From IMG/VR virus record IMGVR_UViG_3300036791_001056, positions 82,954 through 146,953 of that record: a DNA stretch of 64,000 nt; one strand, written 5' to 3'. Shown piece after piece: positions 1 through 8,171 of the stretch (position 1 is its first letter; every line of letters begins with the position of its first letter). Source of the DNA: a virus. The translations under genes and the position numbers were made by a program. Below the pieces are notes generated by a model. The model had not been told where the DNA came from. It saw only the letters and a list, made by a program, of their open reading frames with translations, and did no database searches.

Positions 1-15
1 GAAGCCTCCAAGAAT

Positions 16-819
16 TTAAAGGAGAATGAGTGATGCGAGAGCAGAGACGTCCTCGAAGCCCTGGCCAGCGAACTGGCTCAGCCACGAGAGCGCCTCAGTG
101 AGGCCGAAGAAGCGGTACGGCACCGCGATGTCGACCTCGGTCTGCGATCCCGAGCCCGGCAGGTTCATCGGCCAGTTGGTCCCGGACATGGTGCTGGAAG
201 ACGTCACCAACTCGGGAATCGAGATGTCGATGACGCCCTGCCCGCCGGTCTGCGAGCCACTGACGCCGGTGAAGATCTTCGCCTGCCGCATGGTGCCCTG
301 GCCAGCTGGCCGAGGGAACTTATTGCGAAAAACGGTATAAACAGGATAAATCAGACGCGAAGGCGCAACCAGGTCAAACGGGACCAGCCCGTTCACGGTC
401 CCGATGCCCAGGTTGCCCGCGGTGAAGCTCCTGACCAGGTCAGGAGTGACGCCGGGCAGTGAGGCGATGAGCTTCTGGATCGCCTCGGCAGGTGACGGCG
501 TGCTCAGCGCGGTCTGCAGGAAGCCGCGCTGGCTGAGGAAGTCCGGGCTCATGCCCTTGACCACCGCTGGGCGGTCGGTCATGCCCTGGTAAACGGCGCT
601 GCGCAGCTCGAGCGCTGCCTGCGCGGACTTCATCATGATCTGGCTGGGGTCAGTCAGCGGGGTGTTGATGCCCTCAGCGTAGGTGCAGCCCTTGACGAGG
701 TTGGGCATGCGGGCCTTGATGACGTCGCCCGCCCTGCTAGCGTGCGCGGCGTCGGCCTGTGCCTCCCTCGCCGGCATGGTGAGGTCGAGCCCCGGGCTCG
801 CCTCGAGAGTTGCCGCCAT
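16..819 (-). CDS. Major capsid protein, N-terminal part (probably exon 1)
   Basis: Directly follows the prohead protease gene. Has an N-terminal propeptide-like region with K-S/K-A/K-G sites, then a conserved-looking core (GLVPFDLVAPSRLIYPVYTVFRNKFPR...YRFFGLTEALSW). It ends abruptly at TAA after 267 aa, short for a capsid. Confidence 0.6.
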   Translation of the reverse strand: MAATLEASPGLDLTMPAREAQADAAHASRAGDVIKARMPNLVKGCTYAEGINTPLTDPSQIMMKSAQAALELRSAVYQGMTDRPAVVKGMSPDFLSQRGFLQTALSTPSPAEAIQKLIASLPGVTPDLVRSFTAGNLGIGTVNGLVPFDLVAPSRLIYPVYTVFRNKFPRPAGQGTMRQAKIFTGVSGSQTGGQGVIDISIPELVTSSSTMSGTNWPMNLPGSGSQTEVDIAVPYRFFGLTEALSWLSQFAGQGFEDVSALASLILL

Positions 820-894
820 AGCGGTCCCTTCGGTTCTCAGCGCGGAGCGCTGTGCTGCTTGTGTGAGTCATGAGAGGTGACGGTTCCTTCGGTA

Positions 895-3800
895 TCAACT
901 GATTCCGCGGATCTTGAGGATCTCGCGCCAGGCAGCTTCCCGCTGCGCTGGGTATGGAGTGGTGCGCCAGTCGTGCTCCAACTCCATCAACCTCATGGCT
1001 TGAATGCGCTCCGCGCTCTCTGCCATGGTCGGCGCCGCCGGCGCCGAGGTCTGCATCTTCTGGATGGGCGCAGCGAGAGCCGCGCCCCGGTATGCGAACA
1101 CAGCCGGGTCAGGCTGCGCGCTCAGCTGGCTGAGCGTCTTCGCCTGCTTCTTCAGCAGCTTGGCCTGCCGCCGCACGGTCGCCTGCAGCTCGGTGAGCTG
1201 CTCGGTAATGACGTCCGGTGCCGCCGCGGTGAGCTCTACACTCTTAGTCACCAGCTCACCGGTAACCTGCTCACCCTTGGTGAGCTGGCGCGGCACCGCC
1301 GGCATCTTCATGGTCTCCGGCGCCGCGTCGGGCTCCTTCTTGGCGCCCTCACCGTGCATGGGACAGATGTCAGGGAACGTTTGCTGGATGTGATCGTGGA
1401 TCGCCTGCATCGCGGTGCGAGTGGTCTCGCGGCCCGCGTGAGAGTAGAACGTCCGGCCGGCCTTGGCGGCGACCACGTCGCTGATGGCCTTGCTCACCGC
1501 TGCTGACGCGCTGGGAACGCCGTTCGGAGTCCCGCTCCCCGGGCTCATCGCGGCGTGGCCATCGCTGAGGAACGGGCGCTTGAACTGCGCCGCCTCGATC
1601 TCGCCCGAGGTGATCGGCGTCTGGTTCGGGCTTCCGTAAGCCGGAGACGGCGCTGCGTGACCCGCGCTGATGTACGGCCGCTGGAATTGACCTGGCTGGC
1701 AAGCAGCGGGCGTCGGAGCAGTTCCCGGGCCCGGATTCGCGTCACCGAACGCCTTGTGCAGCTCCTCGTGCGCCTCCCACACGTCAGCGGGCACCGCGTG
1801 CTTCAGCGTGCTGGCGTGGTGACCGAGCTGCGCCGCGCGCGCTGCCTCGTGGTACGGCAGCGACGTGGCCATGTCCAGCGACTTGACCTGCCACTCCACC
1901 TCATTGATCTCAGCCGCGAGGCTGCGGTCCGGGTAGCACTTAACGATCATCTCCGGGCTGAACGCGGCGCACGTCATGTCGTGCAAGACGCCCATCGTCA
2001 TGGGAACGCCTGACTTGACGATGCGCGCCAGCGCCAGCGCCCCCGACTCGCTCTTCAGCGCCGGCGCCTCCAGCGGTCCGGGTGCCTCATGGTCATCGTC
2101 CTGCATGTGCGCGTCATCCTCGAGCGCCTCAACCGCAGCGCCGTCGGGCTCGCGGTGCGCGGGAGCCTCCTCGGTGTGCATGCCCCGGGCGCTCGCCGCC
2201 TCAGCGGGCGACTCACTCTTCTCGATGAGCTCAGCGCTCACCTCAGCGCTCTCGCTCTTCTTGACGCCCGTCTTATCAGGCGTCTCGCCCACGCTGCCGC
2301 CGGCCGGAGCGCCGCAGCCGGGACAGAACCGGCTCTTACCCTTCATCGCGCCGCCGCACTTACCGCACGTGACCTTGCCCTTCAGCGCCTCAGCTGCCAC
2401 GCTCTTCCTCACCCGCGTGCCGGACCCGCCGCAGTCCGGGCACTTCCGGTTACCGCCCATGATCTTACCGGCGCCTCTGCACGTCTTGCACTTCTTCCCG
2501 GCAGGCTTGAACGCCTTCTCAGCCGAGTCATCACTCACGCGGCGCGCCACGGCGCCGTCTCCGTCACCGTCCGCGTCGAAGAGCCCATCACCGTCGTGAT
2601 CAGCGTCACCGCTGCCCTCCACCACGATCTTGGTCTCCTTCTCGCCCTTCTCAACCGGATCGCCAGCAGTTGCCGTGCTCTCAGCCTTCTCAGCCGAGTC
2701 ATCAGCATCGCTGTCATCACTGCGATCAGCCACGCCGTTCACGTTGCCCGTGCCGCTGCAGTCCGGGCACTTCATGTGACCGTCACGGATCTTCCCGCCA
2801 CCGTGGCACGTAGTGCACGTGCCGCCGATCTTCAGGACCTCAGCCTCATCTGCCGTCTTAGCGGTGTCCGGTAGTGCTGCCACGAACTCGGGCCCCTTCT
2901 CGTGGGCGATGCGCTTAATGTTGGCCTGCAGCTGCTCGGTGGAGTAGTTGTCATCACCGGCGCGCCCCACCGACTGCCACGCGTCAGAGACGTCGCCCGG
3001 GCTGGTGATCGGGAATGACCGGTTGCGGCCGGCAAACGCCGAGCTGGGCAAGGTGGCGCGATCCACGCCGCCAGGATGCGTGTCCTCACCCACGTTGCCG
3101 GACTTGCGCTTGCCAATGATCCGCGCCAAGTCAGCCGGCGTGACGGCCACACTCACGTCCTCCGGCAGCTCGAGCGTCACCATCTTTTCTGCCACTGCTG
3201 CCGTCACACCGGCTCCTTTCCTCGTATAATCAGGCTTTGGGACGGCTCCCATGCCGTGAGTGTGGGCTAGCCCCCAGTCAACCAGCACACCGTCCCGCGT
3301 GACCGGCCGCAGCTGATGGTTCGTTACGGCCTCTTCTTGAGCGCGATGCATCTCTTCGTGCATGGCTACGAGCTCATCTTTGCCAGACTTCTTCTTACCA
3401 GTCCTCCGGCCAATGCCCGGCAGCCCGGAGTGGTACGAGTCCATGTGAGCCCGGAGAGCACCGGCGCTCATCCGGTCAGCCGTCGGGTGATCATTCGGGA
3501 TCGCGTCTCCGCCGATCTTCAGCCAGCCGTGCCGGAATGTGTCAGGAGTACCAGGAATGTGATGATCGTGGATGCTGTCCTTGGTAAGCACGCCGGTGCT
3601 GATCATCTTCTGGATGAACTCATCATTGCCCGTGATCTCACCGCTCAGCTCAGGTGACCCGTCCTTGGCCGCCTTCACGAGCTGAATGGCGCAGTTCTTG
3701 TTCGCGGGCCGGTCCACCAGGCTGATCTCCACGACCTGCCCGCCCTTGATGAGCCCGCCCCGGGCGCGCCCGTCGCGGACGATCTGCGGCCGCGCGATCC

Positions 3801-4149
3801 CGACCGAGTAGGCGCGCAGCGCTCCACCGAGGACCAGCTTCTGCGCGATGGGCTCGATAATCTTGGACTTGACCCACGTGCCGCCGTCGCCGTCCACGTC
3901 CATGTCCACGCCGACGCCCGCCGGGTCCCGCTGGGCGTTGTGCTGCACCCGGACGTTCGCCCCGTCGTTGAGCCAGTCGCGGATCGCCTTGGCCGCGAAG
4001 TCCGGGTCGATGATCTGCTCATCGCTGTCGAGCGCCCCGTCACTGGCCTTGCCGTACACGAGGACGTTGCCGTCGGCGTCCGTCTCAGCCTTGGCGATCG
4101 GGAAGCTGATGAACGTGAGCTCGCCGTCCGCTGTCAGGGTGGCTGCCAT
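895..4149 (-). CDS. HK97-type prohead protease fused to Zn-finger repeats and a scaffold-like region
   Basis: N-terminal VYGKASDGALDSDEQII...VRVQHN...YSVG...VEISLVDRPAN is the Caudovirales prohead protease pattern. Also has CxxCxGxG repeats, an acidic linker and a C-terminal coiled coil. Lies between the portal and capsid genes. Confidence 0.85.
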   Translation of the reverse strand: MAATLTADGELTFISFPIAKAETDADGNVLVYGKASDGALDSDEQIIDPDFAAKAIRDWLNDGANVRVQHNAQRDPAGVGVDMDVDGDGGTWVKSKIIEPIAQKLVLGGALRAYSVGIARPQIVRDGRARGGLIKGGQVVEISLVDRPANKNCAIQLVKAAKDGSPELSGEITGNDEFIQKMISTGVLTKDSIHDHHIPGTPDTFRHGWLKIGGDAIPNDHPTADRMSAGALRAHMDSYHSGLPGIGRRTGKKKSGKDELVAMHEEMHRAQEEAVTNHQLRPVTRDGVLVDWGLAHTHGMGAVPKPDYTRKGAGVTAAVAEKMVTLELPEDVSVAVTPADLARIIGKRKSGNVGEDTHPGGVDRATLPSSAFAGRNRSFPITSPGDVSDAWQSVGRAGDDNYSTEQLQANIKRIAHEKGPEFVAALPDTAKTADEAEVLKIGGTCTTCHGGGKIRDGHMKCPDCSGTGNVNGVADRSDDSDADDSAEKAESTATAGDPVEKGEKETKIVVEGSGDADHDGDGLFDADGDGDGAVARRVSDDSAEKAFKPAGKKCKTCRGAGKIMGGNRKCPDCGGSGTRVRKSVAAEALKGKVTCGKCGGAMKGKSRFCPGCGAPAGGSVGETPDKTGVKKSESAEVSAELIEKSESPAEAASARGMHTEEAPAHREPDGAAVEALEDDAHMQDDDHEAPGPLEAPALKSESGALALARIVKSGVPMTMGVLHDMTCAAFSPEMIVKCYPDRSLAAEINEVEWQVKSLDMATSLPYHEAARAAQLGHHASTLKHAVPADVWEAHEELHKAFGDANPGPGTAPTPAACQPGQFQRPYISAGHAAPSPAYGSPNQTPITSGEIEAAQFKRPFLSDGHAAMSPGSGTPNGVPSASAAVSKAISDVVAAKAGRTFYSHAGRETTRTAMQAIHDHIQQTFPDICPMHGEGAKKEPDAAPETMKMPAVPRQLTKGEQVTGELVTKSVELTAAAPDVITEQLTELQATVRRQAKLLKKQAKTLSQLSAQPDPAVFAYRGAALAAPIQKMQTSAPAAPTMAESAERIQAMRLMELEHDWRTTPYPAQREAAWREILKIRGIS

Positions 4150-4175
4150 AGGTGTCCTCTGGTATAGTTTGGCTG

Positions 4176-4511
4176 GTGAGTTCTAAGTCAGCGCACCGGA
4201 AGAGACGTCACCAGCACAAGAAGCGCATAGCTCAAGTGATCACTGATCACGCTCCCACGCTGCCTATGGACGTGATGCGCAGGCGCAGCAGCGCTGAGCG
4301 CGCCCCAGCGCTGCTGCAGCAGCTCGCTGACGTCATGAACGCGTGTGAAGCGTCCGGTGTGCTGATCAAGCCCGCCCATGGGGCCATCCTCACCCAGTTT
4401 GGCTATCTATTCTGGCTGCAGCACGATCACGTAGGCGACGGCGGGAGCTGGCAGGTGCGCACCCGCCGGCTGACTGAGCTGGCACTGCCTGATGATGACG
4501 ATCTTACTTAA
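4176..4511 (+). CDS. Hypothetical protein, antisense insertion in the head operon, probably leaderless
   Basis: Fills the gap between two minus-strand genes. TGGTATAGT (4160-4168) sits 7 nt before the GTG. Confidence 0.55.
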   Translation: MSSKSAHRKRRHQHKKRIAQVITDHAPTLPMDVMRRRSSAERAPALLQQLADVMNACEASGVLIKPAHGAILTQFGYLFWLQHDHVGDGGSWQVRTRRLTELALPDDDDLT

Positions 4512-4514
4512 AAC

Positions 4515-4883
4515 TCACCCAGCGTGCTGAGCGCGCAGTGACTCCCACTCACCTACGGCCTTGGCCGCTGCGGCGCGAACCTCGGGCGTGACCTTGCCCC
4601 GCCCGCTAGCCCAGCGCTTCACCGATCCTACAGCGGTGGCAATGGCCTGTGACTCGCTCATCCCGCCTCGGATGAGCGCGTGAGCGATGTTCTGAATGTA
4701 AGCGGGCAGCTGGTCAGACTTACTGCCCCAGAGCCCGTGCGTGCCGAGCGGGCGGTGCGTGGTGCTGAGCTCGGGCGTCTCGGCTGACTTAACGACGGCG
4801 CCCTCATCTGGCCACTCAGATGTGGTCAAGATCTCACCCGGGTCATCTGAGTACGGGTTGCCGGGCGCGTCGCGGGTGGTCAC
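4515..4883 (-). CDS. Small head-associated hypothetical protein
   Basis: Start overlaps the upstream stop (GTGA). Acidic N-terminus, then a VVK-S site and a compact helical domain. Confidence 0.7.
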   Translation of the reverse strand: MTTRDAPGNPYSDDPGEILTTSEWPDEGAVVKSAETPELSTTHRPLGTHGLWGSKSDQLPAYIQNIAHALIRGGMSESQAIATAVGSVKRWASGRGKVTPEVRAAAAKAVGEWESLRAQHAG

Positions 4884-7800
4884 GAGATCACCTCATTCGT
4901 GCGGCTGGGCAGCAGATGCATCACGAGATCACCGAACACCCGCGCTGGCCGGCGCGGGTTCATCTTCATGGTGTACTCGCTCCACAGCTCGGCGGCTAGC
5001 TCGAAGTCATCACTGGCTCCGTACTTCGATACCCTCTCACTGATCGCGCGCTTATTGGCACTCACCCAGTCACCGCGCAGATAATAGTTGCGCTGTGGGC
5101 GCGAGATCCCGATCGCGGCCGCCACTTGCTCCCAGATGTGCCAGTATGCCTCATTATTGCCACTGGTAAGCAGCTCCCTCAGCTGAAAGTCCACACCGTG
5201 CCCGAACTCGTGCGCCAGCGTCTGGTCCACGGCGCTGTGCCCGGGATCTGCGCCCGACCACCAGCCCGACTCGTTGTTGTACCTGCTCGCCTGCTCACGC
5301 CGCTCCCGGTTGGCTGGGAACGCCAGCTTGGTGCTGACGGTGATCGCGCGCGACGCTAGCTGATGCGTCGCCAGTGTCGTGGAGCGCCCGCTGCCGAGCC
5401 TGGTGCTAACGGTAATGCTAGTCCGCGCCACGAGGTTCGGGACGTACCGGCCCTGCCAAGCGGTAGCGTGGTTGATGGTCTTCCGGATGGCGTTCCGGGT
5501 GTCATTGTTGGGTGAGATGCTCGGCGGGACCGTCAGCAGCTCGTAACCCTTGAATCGTGCCCAGTCAGGAATAACATCGAGCGGCTTAGGCACAGCAGAG
5601 CTGAGCGCAGCCGCAATCGCTGCTCGCACCTCAGCGTCACGAGCCTCCTGGTAACGCAGCACATCAGCGCGCAAGCTAACGATCCGCCGCGTGAGCTCAG
5701 GCGCGCCAGCTTGATCAGCGCGGTGACCAGCCACCGTAAGGTGCGTGTCAACCACGCCGAACTGGTCACGCACCAAGCTAAGCCCAACCTGCCCCAGTGT
5801 GTTCAGCGCGCGGCTCAGATCAGCTCGGCGCGGGTCGCCTGCTGCCTCAAACTCGCGCGACACGTCATTGATCAGCTGCTCGAGCGAGTCGTGCAGCTGG
5901 CTCATCGTTGGTACGGGAGTGCTGGGCGCAGCCGGGCGCGGCAGTTCAGCTGGTGCCGGGGCAGTGGGCGCCGCTGGCGGCAGCGGCGCAGCAGGTGTGC
6001 CTGGCTGCTGAAGACTGCTCAGTGCCTGGTGCAGCTGGTCAATGTGAGTGGCCGACTGCTCATCATCTGCGCGGCCGTGGGCCTGGGACAGCGCGCTCAG
6101 CGCACCCGCGTGATCGCCAGCAGCGAGCCGCTCTTGCGCCTGCAGCAGCTTATCTTGAACGTTAGGCTGCGCACTAGCGGTCAGCATGTGCATGTTGTGA
6201 TACAGCACCACTGCTTGGGACGCCTCTTGCCGCGATGTGAAGTGCCCGAGGACAGTGGACTTGCCCATGATCGGTGACGTGTACTTGATCTTATAGCCCG
6301 GGTCACCCGGCTCTCTCTTCAAGTCCCGGCCGATGACGTGTCCCGACGGCGCCACCGTCTTGCCACCGTGAGTCTGCCGCCGCGCCTCTTGATACCTCCC
6401 GCAGGGAGGCCGCACGCAGATGTAGCCGTGGATGTAGCCCTCGGGACCGACCTTCAGCAGGTCTGCGATGCGGATCTTAATCTTCCCGCCAGTGGTGCGC
6501 GCAGCAAACGATACCGGCTCCCACTCCGCCTTATTCGCTGAGCTCGCTCCCTGGTGCACCTGGAACGAGTGGGCCTGGAACCACGGATCAGCCGCGTTGT
6601 CTGACGGCGCGAACCCGATGTACGCCTTCACCGGCCGGCGCTCTTGCCGGTACGCCAGCGCCCGGTGATGCCCGTCGATGACCACATCTCTCTGGTTTCC
6701 CGGGACGCGGACGAGGATGACCGGGTTGACGTCCTGCCCGCCGCTGCGGATGCGCTCAGCGAAGCGCGCCACGCGCTGCCGCTGGTGATGCGCCGCCCAC
6801 GAGTTCTCTGAGTCCCAGTCAATAGCGGTGAGCGGAACGTTGACCGGGCCCACCCAGCGCAGCTGCCGGACCCACGCGATTCCCTTGGGCTCGTAATTCG
6901 CGAGGAGCTGCTGGTAGATGTGCTCAGCATCCACGGGCGTCTGGTCACGCAGGTCAGCAGCGCTCTTTTCGACGTTGACGCTTGACCCCGCGTCAGCGCC
7001 CGTCAAGCTCACGTAGATCACGTTGCCCAACCGCCGGTCGACCCGGAATGACGAGCCTCTCGGCAGAATGAGCTCGCTCTCGCTCGCCTTACCGTGAATC
7101 ATGTGCTGGCCGGCTGGTGTGGTTATGACCAAGATCACCGGTGTGCCGCCGATCGCAGCCGGCCCGATCGCTGGGTCCATGCCCGCTGACCGCTGCTCAC
7201 CAAACCGCCTAGCCATCGCTGGGTTGGTAGTAACAGAGGTGTACGCCAGCTCGCGGAACGTCTTACCGGGAGTCAGCGCATCACTGGCGGCCTGATGCAC
7301 CGCCAGCCCGCGGTAGAACGTTCCCTGCTCACTCGCCGTGGACAGCGCCAGCGCCTCATCGGTCTCTCTGACGAACGGCACGTCACTCTTACCAGCGCGC
7401 AGCTCGGAGTTGATCATGCTGTTGCCGCGCGGGTCGATGTACGCATCAACTGCGTGATCCAGCTGAGCACGCTTACCAGAGCTGACATTAGTGACAGCCA
7501 ATGACGGCGCTAGCACGCTCTTCAGCTTTACCGGCTTAACCACCGGCTTGAACTCGTTGTGATACTGCGCCAAGAAGCGCAGTGCGATCTCTTCAGACGG
7601 CGCGTCGGCCGCGATCTTCCCATCGTAAAATGACTTAGTGCTGCTGAACGGGCGGCGCCTCACGCTCGCCACTACTACGCCGCTCGGCACATGCTTAACC
7701 TGATCACCGTCAATGCGCAGGTCACCAGCATTAATGTGACCCAGCTCTTCCAGCGCGCTCTTACCGAGAACTGCCTTGGTTCCGTCATCAAACGTAACTC

Positions 7801-8017
7801 GCACCTGATCATCACGTCGCCCAGTGATGATCCCGTGCCCACGCTCTGGGTGAGTGATCTCATCGCCGCGCTTCCCGCACGGTGGCCTCACGCACACCCA
7901 GCCGTGAACGTAGCCCTCCGAGCCCACCTTGATCATGTCAGCTAGCTGCGGAAGATTGAGCGAGACTGCTGCACTACCGGTCACGCGGGGCACATGCTGC
8001 CAGCTCAGCGTGACCAT
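4880..8017 (-). CDS. Polyvalent head protein: VIP2-like ADP-ribosyltransferase + ParB/Srx-like domain + zincin metallopeptidase
   Basis: ART motifs INSELR, FYRGL, YTSVTT, ESELILPRG. ParB-like PVILV...VIDGHHR. HEFGH followed by SKYG...ELAAE. Two KVG(S/P)EGY(V/I)HG(W/Y)xCVRPPCG modules. Confidence 0.8.
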   Translation of the reverse strand: MVTLSWQHVPRVTGSAAVSLNLPQLADMIKVGSEGYVHGWVCVRPPCGKRGDEITHPERGHGIITGRRDDQVRVTFDDGTKAVLGKSALEELGHINAGDLRIDGDQVKHVPSGVVVASVRRRPFSSTKSFYDGKIAADAPSEEIALRFLAQYHNEFKPVVKPVKLKSVLAPSLAVTNVSSGKRAQLDHAVDAYIDPRGNSMINSELRAGKSDVPFVRETDEALALSTASEQGTFYRGLAVHQAASDALTPGKTFRELAYTSVTTNPAMARRFGEQRSAGMDPAIGPAAIGGTPVILVITTPAGQHMIHGKASESELILPRGSSFRVDRRLGNVIYVSLTGADAGSSVNVEKSAADLRDQTPVDAEHIYQQLLANYEPKGIAWVRQLRWVGPVNVPLTAIDWDSENSWAAHHQRQRVARFAERIRSGGQDVNPVILVRVPGNQRDVVIDGHHRALAYRQERRPVKAYIGFAPSDNAADPWFQAHSFQVHQGASSANKAEWEPVSFAARTTGGKIKIRIADLLKVGPEGYIHGYICVRPPCGRYQEARRQTHGGKTVAPSGHVIGRDLKREPGDPGYKIKYTSPIMGKSTVLGHFTSRQEASQAVVLYHNMHMLTASAQPNVQDKLLQAQERLAAGDHAGALSALSQAHGRADDEQSATHIDQLHQALSSLQQPGTPAAPLPPAAPTAPAPAELPRPAAPSTPVPTMSQLHDSLEQLINDVSREFEAAGDPRRADLSRALNTLGQVGLSLVRDQFGVVDTHLTVAGHRADQAGAPELTRRIVSLRADVLRYQEARDAEVRAAIAAALSSAVPKPLDVIPDWARFKGYELLTVPPSISPNNDTRNAIRKTINHATAWQGRYVPNLVARTSITVSTRLGSGRSTTLATHQLASRAITVSTKLAFPANRERREQASRYNNESGWWSGADPGHSAVDQTLAHEFGHGVDFQLRELLTSGNNEAYWHIWEQVAAAIGISRPQRNYYLRGDWVSANKRAISERVSKYGASDDFELAAELWSEYTMKMNPRRPARVFGDLVMHLLPSRTNEVIS

Positions 8018-8027
8018 CGCAGTTTCC

Positions 8028-8171
8028 TTACTGAGAGTCGTCCTCTGGGCCGCCCTGATCGTGTGACGTGTCGATGCCCGCCTCCGCTGCCGCCGCGTTC
8101 AAGTCACGCAGCCAGTTCTGGTTGCCCGGGTCGTCATCGATGTTGCCGATATCGATTGGCTGCTCACTCAC
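8028..8171 (-). CDS. 47-aa acidic peptide (not in the ORF track)
   Basis: GTG overlaps the stop of 8168..11230. Reads MSEQPIDIGNIDDDPGNQNWLRDLNAAAAEAGIDTSHDQGGPEDDSQ and fills the intergenic gap exactly. Confidence 0.55.
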   Translation of the reverse strand: MSEQPIDIGNIDDDPGNQNWLRDLNAAAAEAGIDTSHDQGGPEDDSQ

